A DNA stretch of 64,000 nt, taken from a virus. Lineage: Duplodnaviria; Caudoviricetes. The stretch's first letter is position 1. The number at the start of each line of letters is the position of its first letter. Shown here one piece after another: positions 48,512 to 59,590 of this stretch. A program made the position numbers and the translations under genes. The notes below the pieces were generated by a model. That model was not told the origin of the DNA, made no database searches, and was given only the letters and a program-made list of their open reading frames with translations. Location: IMG/VR virus record IMGVR_UViG_3300012667_000440, positions 30,558 to 94,557 of that record, one strand, 5' to 3'.

Positions 48512-49689
48512 TGGCATTTTATAGCAGTTACAAACCACAAATTTCGGGAGTCAGCTCAATAACTGCCGGTACTGACACCGCAGTTAGCACATCAACTGGT
48601 GCTGTTACTATATGGAATACCGGCACATTTCAAACAGTAACTGATCGAAGCAATACAACTACTAATATTATATCTATCGACAATATTACCAGTGCAACAT
48701 CGACCTTAACTGGTGCATTAGTAGTATCGGGCGGAGTTGGTGTTGGCGGAAATATATATGCTGGCGGAATTTACGATACGGGAAATCGAGTTTTAACTAC
48801 TTCTACTGTATTAGTAAATTCTCTAATAGCAGGTAATGACATTTCAATCAACACTTCTACTGGGAATGTAACAGTATCAAATGTATCTACCTTACAAAGT
48901 GTAACTGATCGAGGATCTACCACTAGTAATATTATATCTATAACAAATACTTCTACTTCAGATGCTACTACTTCGGGTGCATTAGTAGTTGCCGGAGGAG
49001 TTGGGATTGGGGGTAATATTAATGCATATGGCACAGCGCAAATAGGAACTCAACTTTATATAAAACCAATTTTCCTAGATACATTAAATTCTTCAACCGT
49101 TGTTATTGAAAGTACAGTTCCAATTGGTTATAGTGCATTTACTATTAAAAATTCCGGTGCTGCTGGGCAAAGTTATACGTTTGATGTTGGCGGAAATAAT
49201 AGATCTTTATCCGGAGGCACTGCTATAGACGAAGGTAATCTCACAATTCGAGATGATACTAACAGTGCCTATCGCATGGTTATTACTAAAACTGGTAATA
49301 TTTTAGTTAATACTACTACTGATACCGGCGCACAATTGCAGATTAACGGATCTGTTTCAATTCAGGGCTCTCTCCAAGAAACGCGGGTAACTCTGGTAAA
49401 TAACACTAGTACAACCGAGGTCGATAGTTTTGTATCAAGTGTTTATAGAAGTTGTAAGTGTTTAGTCCAAGTGCAAGACGGCGCTGATTTTCATATAACA
49501 GAAATAGTTTTGCTACATGATACTGCTGGCCAGGTTTATAAAAGTGAATATGGTATTATTAGTACAGGCGGCGAAAAAGGTACATTTACAGCAGATCTAC
49601 AGTTAGATGGCATAGTTAGATTGTATTTTACAGCAGATAGTAGTAGTAATAAAAAAGTTAGTATAGTTAAAACAGCGATCGCAATTTAA
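48511..49689 (+). CDS. Tail fibre segment protein
   Basis: Start refined to ATG 48511 (TAATG overlap, AGGAG). LQSVTDRG and TGALVVxGGVGIGG repeats; C-terminal DSF....YRS...HD....YKSEYG domain. Confidence 0.7.
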   Translation: MAFYSSYKPQISGVSSITAGTDTAVSTSTGAVTIWNTGTFQTVTDRSNTTTNIISIDNITSATSTLTGALVVSGGVGVGGNIYAGGIYDTGNRVLTTSTVLVNSLIAGNDISINTSTGNVTVSNVSTLQSVTDRGSTTSNIISITNTSTSDATTSGALVVAGGVGIGGNINAYGTAQIGTQLYIKPIFLDTLNSSTVVIESTVPIGYSAFTIKNSGAAGQSYTFDVGGNNRSLSGGTAIDEGNLTIRDDTNSAYRMVITKTGNILVNTTTDTGAQLQINGSVSIQGSLQETRVTLVNNTSTTEVDSFVSSVYRSCKCLVQVQDGADFHITEIVLLHDTAGQVYKSEYGIISTGGEKGTFTADLQLDGIVRLYFTADSSSNKKVSIVKTAIAI

Positions 49690-49700
49690 GGAAATAAAAG

Positions 49701-52700
49701 ATGGCAACGAATAAAGATTTTATAGTTAAATCAGGCCTGCAGGTACAAGGTACCACAAGCGCAACATCGGCGGTTACCGGGGCACTTATTGTTGCTGGTG
49801 GCGCCGGAATTTCTGGTGATCTATGGGTCGGCGGGAATATTTACCTAGACGGTGTTGGGTTAGACACTGTTCAAGGTACTACTGCTAGTTTTAGAAATAT
49901 ATTTGTAACCGGTACAAACGTTTCGTCTAGCACATCGACTGGCGCTGTTACTATTGCAGGCGGCTTGGGAGTTGGCGGAAACATTTACGGTACTGCAATA
50001 TATGACAACGGCGTTCGTGTATTAACATCTGCAACTATTGGTAGCTTTGGTATTAGCTCTATAGCAGCTGGTACAGATACCGCAGTTAGCGGATCAACCG
50101 GTGCAGTTACAATTTGGAATAACAGCACTTTACAAACTATTACTAGTCGCGGTGCAACTACTAACGTAGCTGTTAGCTTTACTAATGCTACTGCTAGCAC
50201 AGGCAGCACAACTGGTGCTGTAACTGTATCAGGTGGAGTAGGTGTTGGACAAAACTTAAACGTTGCCGGTCAATTAACTGTTGGACAAAATTTTGGTTAT
50301 AATACATTAACCAATACTATTGCGTATTTTGGTGCAAACACAACTACATTTGCACAAATTAATGCACAAAACATCGGCGGCGGCACTAGCAGTTCGGTTG
50401 ATTTCGTTGCTACGTCTAATAATGGCAACGACACTACAAACTATATCGACTTTGGTATTAATAATTCATCATTTACTGATGCTGCATTTACCATTGCTGG
50501 TGCTAATGACGGTTACTTATACACTCAAGGTGGCAATTTAGCCATTGGCGCAGCCGCAGCAAGTAAGGATATTATATTCTTCCAGGGCGGTACACTTGCT
50601 GCTAACGAAGTAGGTCGTTGGGCGAATGCTTCGGGATTAGTTATTAAGAAAACAACTGATGCAACTTCAGTTGACACGGGTGCATTGCAAGTCGACGGCG
50701 GTGTTGGAATTAATAAACAGTTATGGGTCGGCGGTGATACTCGTTTACAGGCTACTACTGCTACTAACTTATATGTCACTGGTGCAGGCGCAAGTTTAAC
50801 AGCAGTTGGCGCAACATTTACTGGACAAATTACAAATAGTAACGGCACAGCAAGTTCAACAACTGGCACTGGTGCAATCATTATTAGTAATAATGGCGGC
50901 TTAGGAGTTGGCGGACAGGTAACTGCACAGTTGGTAAAAGTTATTGCTACAACAACTGCTGGTTCCGGTTCGGGTGCATTACAAGTTGCAGGCGGCGCAT
51001 ATATTGCAGATAATGTCTATATTGCTAGTACCGCAGCTAGCACATCAACTGCTACTGCAAACGCATTATATGTTGCAGGTGGTGCAAACATTGCTAGTAG
51101 CTTGGTAGTTCAAGGTACATCGATCTTCAGTGGTAATGTAGTCTTTAACGGTACATCGACAAACGTTTATTCTACAAACACTGTTTATACAGACAACTTA
51201 ATTAACTTACACGTTCCTGCAGGTAGCACAGGTACTGAACATACTTGGACACTAGACGACGGCAAAGACATTGGTTTTGGATTCCACTATTACAAAACAA
51301 CGGATAAAAATGCATTCTTAGGATTAGCTAACGACTCTGGATATCTAGAATGGTACGAAGATGGATATGAAACCACAACAGGGAATCATACCAGCGGAAC
51401 TTACGGTACATTCAAGACTGGTAACATTATCTTAAGAGGAAGCACAAATGCCACTTCTACAGTTACTGGTGCATTACAGGTTGCAGGCGGTATTGGAGTT
51501 GGACGTGATGTTTATGTCGGCGGCGATGTAACAATTGCTGATACTCTTGATTCTACTGCAAACAACAATGGTTCGTTGATTGTTGCAGGTGGCGCTGGAT
51601 TTGCTAAGTCTATTGTTGTTGGTTCCAGTGCAACAATTCAAAGTGCATTGGCAAATGCAAACGGAGTTGCAGCAAACGCATTACAAGTTACTACAGGTGG
51701 TTTAGGAGTAGGCGGTAGTGGTTATTTTGGTGGTGCAGTTAAAGTAGCATCTAGCACAGCGGCAACTAACACAACTAGCGGTGGCTTACAAGTAGTAGGT
51801 GGCGCCGGTATTGGCGGAGCATTGTATGTTGGCGGTATTATTGATACACTCAATACAACCGATGCTGGTTTAGCAACACCGGGCGGATCCGGATCGTTAC
51901 AAGCAAGCGGTGGCGCAGGTATTGCTAAGAACTTGGCAGTTGGTGGAACAATCAGCAGAACTGGTAACGTAAGTCAAGCAGCTTGGCAAAATGCCACAGG
52001 TGTTGCATTAAACTTAGCAGCCGCAACCTATACAGATTCATCGACTGGCGCTGGAACAGTATCTGGACCAAGTGCAGCTAGCTGGTTAGGTCAACCAACT
52101 TTTGCTTCTACAAATGCAGTGACTTATACAGAAGCTGCAACATTGTATATTCAAAATGCTCCTGCTGCTGGAACAAATACCACACTAACTAATCCGTATG
52201 CATTGTTAGTTGCTAACGGTGTTGTAAAAATTAAAACAACTACTGCATCTTCGAGCATTACAACAGGTGCATTGGTAGTAGACGGTGGATTAGGAGTTGC
52301 AGGAAACTTATACGGTGCTGCAATTTATGACAACGGTAGTCGTGTTCTTACTGCGGCAACTGTTGGTAATTACGGTGTTAGTAGTATTATTGCTGGTACT
52401 GATATTTCGGTTAATACTGCAACTGGTGCAGTTACTGTATCTAATGCCAGCACATTACAAAGTGTAACTGGACGCGGATCCACAACTACTAATGCAATCC
52501 ACGTTAATAATTCAACTGCTGCTTCAAGCACTACCACTGGTGCATTAAGGGTAAGTGGCGGTATTGGTGCATTGCAAGTTTATGCTACAAACTTATTTGA
52601 CAGTGGTAATCGTGTTTTAACAAGTATTACAGCTACTGCTGGTACAGGCCTAAGCGGTGGCGGCACAATAAGTGGTCCAAGCGGCACTATTGCATTTACT

Positions 52701-53744
52701 AACACCGGTGTGTTAAGTTTAACTGCTGGTACAGGTATTGGAGTTAGTGCCAGCACTGGTGCAATTACAGTTTCTAACACTGGTGTTACCAGTTTAACCG
52801 GCACTGCAAATCAAATTTCAGTTAGTGCAAGCACTGGTGCTGTAACATTAAGTTTCCCAACAGGCGGTATTACTACCACTACTGGTACATTTACAAGCAA
52901 AGTATACGTAACTAACGCTGATGCTGCATTCTCTGCGTCGACTGGAGCACTGCAAGTAACCGGCGGTGTTGGTATTGGTAAGTCGTTATTTGTTACAACT
53001 ACTGCAACAGTTGGCGGAACATTGATTAGAAGTGGTGCAGTCACTGCAACTGGCTGGGGAACAGCTGGTGTTGGACTGGTATTAAGCACATCAACTTACA
53101 CTGATAGTTCCTTAAACGGAGCACAGGCGTTTGCTGCTGTTCATTCAATTGGTAGACCAACAATTGCAGCAACAAATACACCAACATACACCGATGCTGC
53201 AACATTATATATTGATAATGCTCCGGCAGCTGGTACAAATGCAGTTATTACAAATCCTTGGAGCTTATATGTAGCTGCTGGAAATGTTAAAATTGCCACT
53301 GCAACTGCAAGTAACAGTTCTAGTGCAGGCGCTTTGGTTGTTACAGGCGGTGTTGGCATCGGCGGCGCATTAAATGTCGGTGGATCGGGTAGTTTTGCAG
53401 CAACCGGTGTTACTATTGGCAACAGTTTGATCAGCAGCTATACCAGCGGTGTAATTACTACCAATGCTAGCCAAAACTTAGATACATTTAGCACCAGCAC
53501 ATTCAGAACTGCTCGTTATACTATTCAAGTAGTTGACGGAACAAAAGTTCACATTACTGAAATGACAGTGTTCCACGATAATTCAGTTGTGTATAAGAAT
53601 GAATACGGTATTAGCACTAATACTGGTGAGTTAGGTGCATTTGATGCTACGTTAGCAGCAGGTACAATTACATTGACATTTACACCAAACTATACGCCAG
53701 CTGCAATGACGATAAAAGCAAATCGAACGGCAATTACTGCTTAA
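49701..53744 (+). CDS. Long tail fibre protein (1347 aa)
   Basis: MATNKDFIVKSGL start; many STTTGALxVxGGxGIG repeats; same C-terminal domain as 48511. Confidence 0.75.
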   Translation: MATNKDFIVKSGLQVQGTTSATSAVTGALIVAGGAGISGDLWVGGNIYLDGVGLDTVQGTTASFRNIFVTGTNVSSSTSTGAVTIAGGLGVGGNIYGTAIYDNGVRVLTSATIGSFGISSIAAGTDTAVSGSTGAVTIWNNSTLQTITSRGATTNVAVSFTNATASTGSTTGAVTVSGGVGVGQNLNVAGQLTVGQNFGYNTLTNTIAYFGANTTTFAQINAQNIGGGTSSSVDFVATSNNGNDTTNYIDFGINNSSFTDAAFTIAGANDGYLYTQGGNLAIGAAAASKDIIFFQGGTLAANEVGRWANASGLVIKKTTDATSVDTGALQVDGGVGINKQLWVGGDTRLQATTATNLYVTGAGASLTAVGATFTGQITNSNGTASSTTGTGAIIISNNGGLGVGGQVTAQLVKVIATTTAGSGSGALQVAGGAYIADNVYIASTAASTSTATANALYVAGGANIASSLVVQGTSIFSGNVVFNGTSTNVYSTNTVYTDNLINLHVPAGSTGTEHTWTLDDGKDIGFGFHYYKTTDKNAFLGLANDSGYLEWYEDGYETTTGNHTSGTYGTFKTGNIILRGSTNATSTVTGALQVAGGIGVGRDVYVGGDVTIADTLDSTANNNGSLIVAGGAGFAKSIVVGSSATIQSALANANGVAANALQVTTGGLGVGGSGYFGGAVKVASSTAATNTTSGGLQVVGGAGIGGALYVGGIIDTLNTTDAGLATPGGSGSLQASGGAGIAKNLAVGGTISRTGNVSQAAWQNATGVALNLAAATYTDSSTGAGTVSGPSAASWLGQPTFASTNAVTYTEAATLYIQNAPAAGTNTTLTNPYALLVANGVVKIKTTTASSSITTGALVVDGGLGVAGNLYGAAIYDNGSRVLTAATVGNYGVSSIIAGTDISVNTATGAVTVSNASTLQSVTGRGSTTTNAIHVNNSTAASSTTTGALRVSGGIGALQVYATNLFDSGNRVLTSITATAGTGLSGGGTISGPSGTIAFTNTGVLSLTAGTGIGVSASTGAITVSNTGVTSLTGTANQISVSASTGAVTLSFPTGGITTTTGTFTSKVYVTNADAAFSASTGALQVTGGVGIGKSLFVTTTATVGGTLIRSGAVTATGWGTAGVGLVLSTSTYTDSSLNGAQAFAAVHSIGRPTIAATNTPTYTDAATLYIDNAPAAGTNAVITNPWSLYVAAGNVKIATATASNSSSAGALVVTGGVGIGGALNVGGSGSFAATGVTIGNSLISSYTSGVITTNASQNLDTFSTSTFRTARYTIQVVDGTKVHITEMTVFHDNSVVYKNEYGISTNTGELGAFDATLAAGTITLTFTPNYTPAAMTIKANRTAITA

Positions 53745-53748
53745 CCTA

Positions 53749-53775
53749 AACAGCGGCTTCGGTCGCTGTTCTTTT
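53749..53775 (+). terminator. Rho-independent terminator
   Basis: AACAGCGGC-TTCG-GTCGCTGTT-CTTTT. Confidence 0.88.
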
Positions 53776-53781
53776 ATCTAG

Positions 53782-53789
53782 TATAAATA
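53782..53789 (+). promoter_or_regulatory. Late promoter TATAAATA
   Basis: Exact consensus directly after the terminator. Confidence 0.75.
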
Positions 53790-53842
53790 TCTGCATAACT
53801 CGATTAGCCTCAGTTTAACAGTGGATAGGGAAACTAGAAGAC

Positions 53843-56800
53843 ATGGCAACAAATAACGACTTTATAGTCAAACACGGCCTCACGGTAAAGAACACGGCCA
53901 CAATTCAATCTACTTTAGTTAGTACAAGCACTACAACGGGTGCACTAACAGTTGCCGGTGGCGTCGGAATTCGCGGTGATTTATATGTAGGCGGCACTGT
54001 TAATGCAGTCAACACTAATTCTGCACTGGTAGTTAAATCAAACATCAGTATGGTCAGCCCAGATGCTGCCAGCACAATCACTATCAGGATGCTGAACAGT
54101 GATGCAATTAGTTTTTCTGGAAATAGTGGGCAACTGTTCAGCATAACTGACAGCATGACCGGCACAATCTTTGCCGTAAATGATATCTCTGGCGTTCCTA
54201 GTATTGAAGTTTATGACACGGGTGAAGTTAGACTAGCAGAAACATTTGGCTTTGTCAATATACCAAATTCTACCAGTGTAAACTCTACATCGACTGGTGC
54301 ATTGAGAATCTCAGGCGGTATTGGAGTAGGCGGTGGCGGCTTCTTTGGTGGAACAGTAACTGCAACTAACTTCGTTGGAGCATTTAGTGGAACAATATCT
54401 GGATCTGCTACGCAAGTTAATACAGTTGCTCAGACTGCAAACGCAAGTTATTTCTTAACATTTGTTGATGCAAATAATCCAAGTGCCGCAGCAGAAACAG
54501 TATTTACAACCAGTAGTTTTGTAATTAATCCAAGCACTGGCAATATTGGTATTGGAATAACTCCTACGTCTAAATTGCACGTAGCTGGCGATGCTAGAAT
54601 TACCGGTATTACAACAATTACTAATACAACTGCGGCAAGCAGCACTGTTACTGGAGCCTTACAGGTAGCAGGTGGTGCAGGAATCGGCGGCGACTTGTAT
54701 GTTGGTGGAAATATTGTTGCTAATAGATTAACAATTCAATTTACAACAGTTACTACTACATTAATTCAAACTGATGATGTAATTCAAACAACTAATAATA
54801 CTAATGCAACTTCGACTACAACTGGTGCATTACAAATTTCCGGTGGAGCAGGCATTGGTCAAGATTTATGGGTAGGCGGAACTATCTACCGTAACGGTAT
54901 TAGCGTAGGTTACGGATATACTGGTAGCTTAGGTTATACTGGAAGTCGAGGTCTTACTGGTTTTGATGGATCACGTGGTTTTACTGGTTTTGATGGATCA
55001 CGTGGTTTTACTGGTTTTGATGGATCACGTGGATATACTGGTTCGATTGGATTTACTGGTTCACAAGGCATTCAGGGTATTACTGGATTTGTCGGATCGC
55101 AAGGCATTCAAGGTATTACTGGATTTATTGGAAGTCGTGGCTTTGATGGAAGTCGTGGCTTTGATGGATCACGCGGTGTTACTGGTTTTGATGGATCACG
55201 TGGATTTACTGGTTCGATTGGTTTTACCGGTTCACAAGGCATTCAGGGTATTACTGGCTTTGTCGGAAGTCGTGGCTTTGATGGATCACGCGGGTTTGAT
55301 GGATCACGCGGTGTTACTGGTTTTGATGGATCACGCGGTGTTACTGGATTTACTGGATCGATCGGTTTTGCTGGAAGTCAAGGCGGAGGTGGCGCAACTG
55401 GATTTGTCGGAAGTCGTGGATTTACTGGTTCAATTGGATTTACTGGTTCACAAGGTATCCAAGGTGTAACTGGCTTTGTTGGTTCAATAGGATTTGTGGG
55501 AAGTGCAGGTAGCACTGCTGGAACTGCAACTTGGGTTCTAACTTCCTCATCTAGCGTAAGTGCATCTTTTTATCCAACTTTTGTTGATGCAAATAATGCA
55601 ACTACCGCAGCAGAATTAGTTTATACAACTAGCAGTTTTTCAATTAACCCGGGCACTGGCATAATCAGCATATCTGGAAATGTAGCAATATCTACAGCAA
55701 GTTCTACACAAGCATCTGGGTTATCAATCCAGCGAGTATTCACTACTTCTGCTGTTGCAGGAAACATATACTTGTTAGGTACTTGGGATGATACTGAAGG
55801 TACTGTGGCATTAGAAATTCAAGTTTCGTCTGAAACATCTGGACATAGTGGAAGTTCTATATATAGATTTCAAGGAGGATGGGCACAATTAGCATCAACG
55901 AGCACTTACTATAGATTACTTCCATTTAACGAAGGTCGAGGACACGGAGATGGGGCAGATTCTGGATTAACACTTAATGCATGGGGAGTGTATGCATACA
56001 AGACTGCTGAAACTGCTTACGGAATTGCGGTAAGTGTTCCTGCAGGCCGCACAAGTAAAGGTCTAATAACTACAATTACTGAATTAAAACGTGGCATGAC
56101 ATTTGTGCCAGGTGCAAATACCGCAGTGACTACCTGGACAACTGGCACCAACGTCTTCAGTCATAGAAATTTAATTGTTGAAAATTTAGTAACTGCAACT
56201 CACGGATTCTTTAGTGGAACAGTAACTGCAACTAACTTTGTTGGTGCATTTAGTGGTGCATCGACACAAATACAGACTACTGCACAAACAGCTAACGCAA
56301 GTTATTTTCCAACTTTTGTTGATGCAAACAATGCAAGTGCAGCTAATGAAATCATTTATACAACCAGTAGCTTTGTAATCAATCCAAGCACTGGTAATAT
56401 TGGTATTGGAATAACTCCTACATCTAAATTACATGTTTCCGGCGATGCAAGAATTACTGGTATTACAACTGTAACTAACAATACCGCAGCAAGCAGCACT
56501 ATTACTGGGGCATTGCAAGTAGTCGGTGGCGCAGGTATTGGCGGAAACTTATATGTTGGCAGCAATGAATTTGTCTCCGGAACACTACAAGTTAACAGCA
56601 CTAATTCTAATACTGGAACAAACACTTCGAACGCATTCTACACAGCAGGCGGCGCTTGGATTGATAAGACATTGGTAGTAGGCGGAGATACAACATTTAA
56701 AGGCAGTGTTGTTTTCCAAGGTACAAACACATTTGTTTATTCTAGTTCAACTATTTACACAGACAACTTGATCAGCTTACATGCACCTGCAGGCAGCGTT

Positions 56801-58165
56801 CCAGGTAATCACACATGGACAATAGATGATGGAAAAGACATTGGTTTCATGTTCCATTACTACAAAGGATCGGACAAGGATGCGTTTTTAGGATTTGCTA
56901 ACGATACACAGTATTTGGAATGGTACAGCAACGGCACAGAAAGCGGTGGAATATTTACAGGAACAAGCTACGGTATATTCAAAACTGGTGGCATTAGACT
57001 AGTTGGCGGAGAATCTAACAGTGGAAATACTACTACTGGATCTCTTCAAGTATTGGGCGGAGCTGGTATCAGCGGAGGATTATTTGTCGGCGGCACTGTT
57101 ACTGCAACAAGTTTTGTGGGTGCATTTAACGGGTCTATCGTCGGTGCTGCAACTCAAGTTAACACTGTTGCTCAAACATCGAATGCTTCTTACTTCCCAA
57201 CATTTGTTGATTCAAACAATACAAGTGCAGGCGGCGAATCTGTTTACACAACAAGTTCGTTTGTAATTAATCCGAGTACCGGCAACATTGGTATTGGCAC
57301 TAATGCGCCGGATATAAAATTAGATGTTCGAAGTTCTGATCTAGCTATACAGGCTAGAGAAGACGGTGTATCAAGCACATGGAGATCTAGAATTGTTTCA
57401 AGAAATTCTTCTTCGGATAGAGCAATATTTTTAGGCACATACGGAACAGCACCTGTTATTGCAGCGCACAATTTTGCATTAAATGCATGGTCGCCATTAT
57501 TTGTTAATACTACAAATGGAACTACTGATGGCGGCAATACTATTATTTCAGGTTCGGGAAATGCTGGCATTGGAATAAGTTCTCCTACATCAAAATTACA
57601 TGTTGACGGTACTGCAAGAATTACTGGTATCACAACTGTAACCAATACAACTGTAGCTACAAGCACTATTACTGGAGCATTCCAAGTAGTGGGCGGTGCA
57701 GGTATCGGCGGTGCATTGTTTGTTGGGGGATCTGTAAACATCAGTTCGGGCGTAATAAGCACCAACACTGGAACAGGTGCATTGGTAGTCAATGGCGGAG
57801 TTGGTATCAATGGTGCGCTAAACGCTATTACCAAGTCGTTCAACATTGGTCACCCAACTAAGCCAGGTATGACTCTACGCTATGGATCGTTAGAAGGTCC
57901 AGAGTTTGGTGTATACGTTCGTGGTAGATTAAAAGGCAGCAATACAATCGAGTTGCCAGAATACTGGACCAAGTTAGTTGATCCTGATACTATTACTGTG
58001 AACTTGACACCAGTTGGTTCACATCAGAAACTGTATGTTGAAGATATTGTCAACAATGCAATTGTAGTTGGCAACGAAAATATCTTTGGTAAATCTATAG
58101 ATTGCTTCTATACTGTATGGGCCGAACGTGCTGACATTGATAAATTACAAGTCGAGTCTGAATAA
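53843..58165 (+). CDS. Mosaic tail fibre protein (1440 aa) with a collagen segment and a putative C-terminal chaperone-like domain
   Basis: MATNNDFIVKHGL start; repeated ~100-aa modules; GFTGFDGSR collagen; ends KSFNIGHPTK...LEGPE.GVYVRG...IELPEYW. Confidence 0.75.
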   Translation: MATNNDFIVKHGLTVKNTATIQSTLVSTSTTTGALTVAGGVGIRGDLYVGGTVNAVNTNSALVVKSNISMVSPDAASTITIRMLNSDAISFSGNSGQLFSITDSMTGTIFAVNDISGVPSIEVYDTGEVRLAETFGFVNIPNSTSVNSTSTGALRISGGIGVGGGGFFGGTVTATNFVGAFSGTISGSATQVNTVAQTANASYFLTFVDANNPSAAAETVFTTSSFVINPSTGNIGIGITPTSKLHVAGDARITGITTITNTTAASSTVTGALQVAGGAGIGGDLYVGGNIVANRLTIQFTTVTTTLIQTDDVIQTTNNTNATSTTTGALQISGGAGIGQDLWVGGTIYRNGISVGYGYTGSLGYTGSRGLTGFDGSRGFTGFDGSRGFTGFDGSRGYTGSIGFTGSQGIQGITGFVGSQGIQGITGFIGSRGFDGSRGFDGSRGVTGFDGSRGFTGSIGFTGSQGIQGITGFVGSRGFDGSRGFDGSRGVTGFDGSRGVTGFTGSIGFAGSQGGGGATGFVGSRGFTGSIGFTGSQGIQGVTGFVGSIGFVGSAGSTAGTATWVLTSSSSVSASFYPTFVDANNATTAAELVYTTSSFSINPGTGIISISGNVAISTASSTQASGLSIQRVFTTSAVAGNIYLLGTWDDTEGTVALEIQVSSETSGHSGSSIYRFQGGWAQLASTSTYYRLLPFNEGRGHGDGADSGLTLNAWGVYAYKTAETAYGIAVSVPAGRTSKGLITTITELKRGMTFVPGANTAVTTWTTGTNVFSHRNLIVENLVTATHGFFSGTVTATNFVGAFSGASTQIQTTAQTANASYFPTFVDANNASAANEIIYTTSSFVINPSTGNIGIGITPTSKLHVSGDARITGITTVTNNTAASSTITGALQVVGGAGIGGNLYVGSNEFVSGTLQVNSTNSNTGTNTSNAFYTAGGAWIDKTLVVGGDTTFKGSVVFQGTNTFVYSSSTIYTDNLISLHAPAGSVPGNHTWTIDDGKDIGFMFHYYKGSDKDAFLGFANDTQYLEWYSNGTESGGIFTGTSYGIFKTGGIRLVGGESNSGNTTTGSLQVLGGAGISGGLFVGGTVTATSFVGAFNGSIVGAATQVNTVAQTSNASYFPTFVDSNNTSAGGESVYTTSSFVINPSTGNIGIGTNAPDIKLDVRSSDLAIQAREDGVSSTWRSRIVSRNSSSDRAIFLGTYGTAPVIAAHNFALNAWSPLFVNTTNGTTDGGNTIISGSGNAGIGISSPTSKLHVDGTARITGITTVTNTTVATSTITGAFQVVGGAGIGGALFVGGSVNISSGVISTNTGTGALVVNGGVGINGALNAITKSFNIGHPTKPGMTLRYGSLEGPEFGVYVRGRLKGSNTIELPEYWTKLVDPDTITVNLTPVGSHQKLYVEDIVNNAIVVGNENIFGKSIDCFYTVWAERADIDKLQVESE
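54954..55032 (+). repeat. Perfect 27-bp tandem repeat (about 2.9 copies) inside the collagen segment (about 54908-55510)
   Basis: ttactggttttgatggatcacgtggtt repeated in tandem. Confidence 0.9.
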
Positions 58166-58860
58166 TGGGAATAGCATACAATACATCAATTGTTCGCAAT
58201 GGATTGGTCTTACATTTAGATGCAGCCAATCCTAAAAGTTATCCCGGAACTGGAACTGCTTGGTTTGATCTAAGTGGTGCAGGAAACCATTTTACACTAT
58301 ATAATAGCCCTGTGCATTCTGCAGGCAAATTTACGTTTAATGGCACTACTCAATATGCTAGATCAAGTTCTATAATAAGCATGTCGACGTTTCAGTCTGT
58401 TACTGTAGAAATTGGAATTAGAAACATAACAGTGGGAGTAGGAATGGCCTGGGAGCATACAGATAATTGGAATGCAAACCCTGGCGGATTTGGTTTATAT
58501 CATAATAGTCAAGGTGGAGCTCAGGTAACAGGATGGCATCATACAAACCATAATACATATGGGGTGCTAAATTATGAACTTAATACCGGCACTACTTGGA
58601 ATGTTCATACAAATGTGTTTAGTAGAGTTGTTGATAGTTCAGGAAGACTAGCATACGGTAACGGATCGCTGTTAGCAACAGGTGCTGCTACTTCCGCATC
58701 ATCTACATTTGCAGATAGTTTTTTTCATGTGGCAACAAGAGGCGTCGGCGGAGCATTTTCTAATTCTGAAATATCTTTTGTTAGAATCTATAATAGGAAA
58801 TTATTAGCAGCAGAAATTCGACAAAACTTTGAAGCACTTCGCGGGAGATACGGTATATGA
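58165..58860 (+). CDS. LamG/concanavalin-A-like lectin protein 1
   Basis: IVRNGLVLHLDAANPKSYPGTG..W.DLSG ... RIYNRKL...EIRQNFEALRGRYGI. Confidence 0.8.
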   Translation: MGIAYNTSIVRNGLVLHLDAANPKSYPGTGTAWFDLSGAGNHFTLYNSPVHSAGKFTFNGTTQYARSSSIISMSTFQSVTVEIGIRNITVGVGMAWEHTDNWNANPGGFGLYHNSQGGAQVTGWHHTNHNTYGVLNYELNTGTTWNVHTNVFSRVVDSSGRLAYGNGSLLATGAATSASSTFADSFFHVATRGVGGAFSNSEISFVRIYNRKLLAAEIRQNFEALRGRYGI

Positions 58861-59588
58861 GTTTAGGACACGGTGCAAGTGTTGTTCGTAATGGACTGAT
58901 CCTGCATTTAGATGCAGCTAATAAAAAAAGTTATCCTGGAACTGGTACTGCTTGGACTGATTTAAGTGGGAACAGCAATCATTCTACTATTAATACTGGA
59001 AGTTATAACGCTGGCGGCTATTTTGAAAGTGTTGAGGATGCCCCTTCAAGACTGATAGTAAATACTCCAAACTCGACTACTTTATCAAATGCTTTTAGAG
59101 TAACCGCAGGCGGCTGGACTATTGAAGAAACTGTATTAGTAGACGATACTACATATCCGGAATCAACAGCAGGTGCAACATTTGGCACAACGCCTTATAA
59201 TGTTGGCGCAATTGGGTTTGACTGGGCTCACGGCACAGCATCTGCATCAGCTCTAAATTTAACAGTAAATGACGGAACTACCTTAATAAGACAAGATATT
59301 GCATTAAATACCGCACAGAGTCAATACGATAAATGGTTACATAGAACTTTTGTGTTTGACCGAACACTTGGACAAGTTAGATTATACTACGACGGAATTT
59401 ATCAAAGTATGTTAAATATTTCTTCAGTAACTGGAATTATCTATAATAATATAGGTATACAATGGGGACAGTTATACGGATGGCAACATGATGGTTTTAG
59501 GGCCGGCATGAAAATTTATAATAGAATACTGTCTTTTTCTGAAATCCAACAAAACTTTGAAGCCACTCGCGGCCGCTACAGGATATAA
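58857..59588 (+). CDS. LamG/concanavalin-A-like lectin protein 2
   Basis: Same conserved termini; ATGA overlap. Confidence 0.8.
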   Translation: MSLGHGASVVRNGLILHLDAANKKSYPGTGTAWTDLSGNSNHSTINTGSYNAGGYFESVEDAPSRLIVNTPNSTTLSNAFRVTAGGWTIEETVLVDDTTYPESTAGATFGTTPYNVGAIGFDWAHGTASASALNLTVNDGTTLIRQDIALNTAQSQYDKWLHRTFVFDRTLGQVRLYYDGIYQSMLNISSVTGIIYNNIGIQWGQLYGWQHDGFRAGMKIYNRILSFSEIQQNFEATRGRYRI

Positions 59589-59590
59589 TT

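Noticed and set aside
42820-55469. Alternative-frame ORFs with LLDLLV-type repeats (42820, 43357, 43582, 54963) and the Pro-rich antisense ORF 47182-47568
   Set aside because: Artefacts of collagen and glycine-rich codon periodicity; no ribosome-binding sites.
25191-55510. Tandem repeats as a possible CRISPR array
   Set aside because: All are in-frame coding repeats without unique spacers; no cas genes seen.
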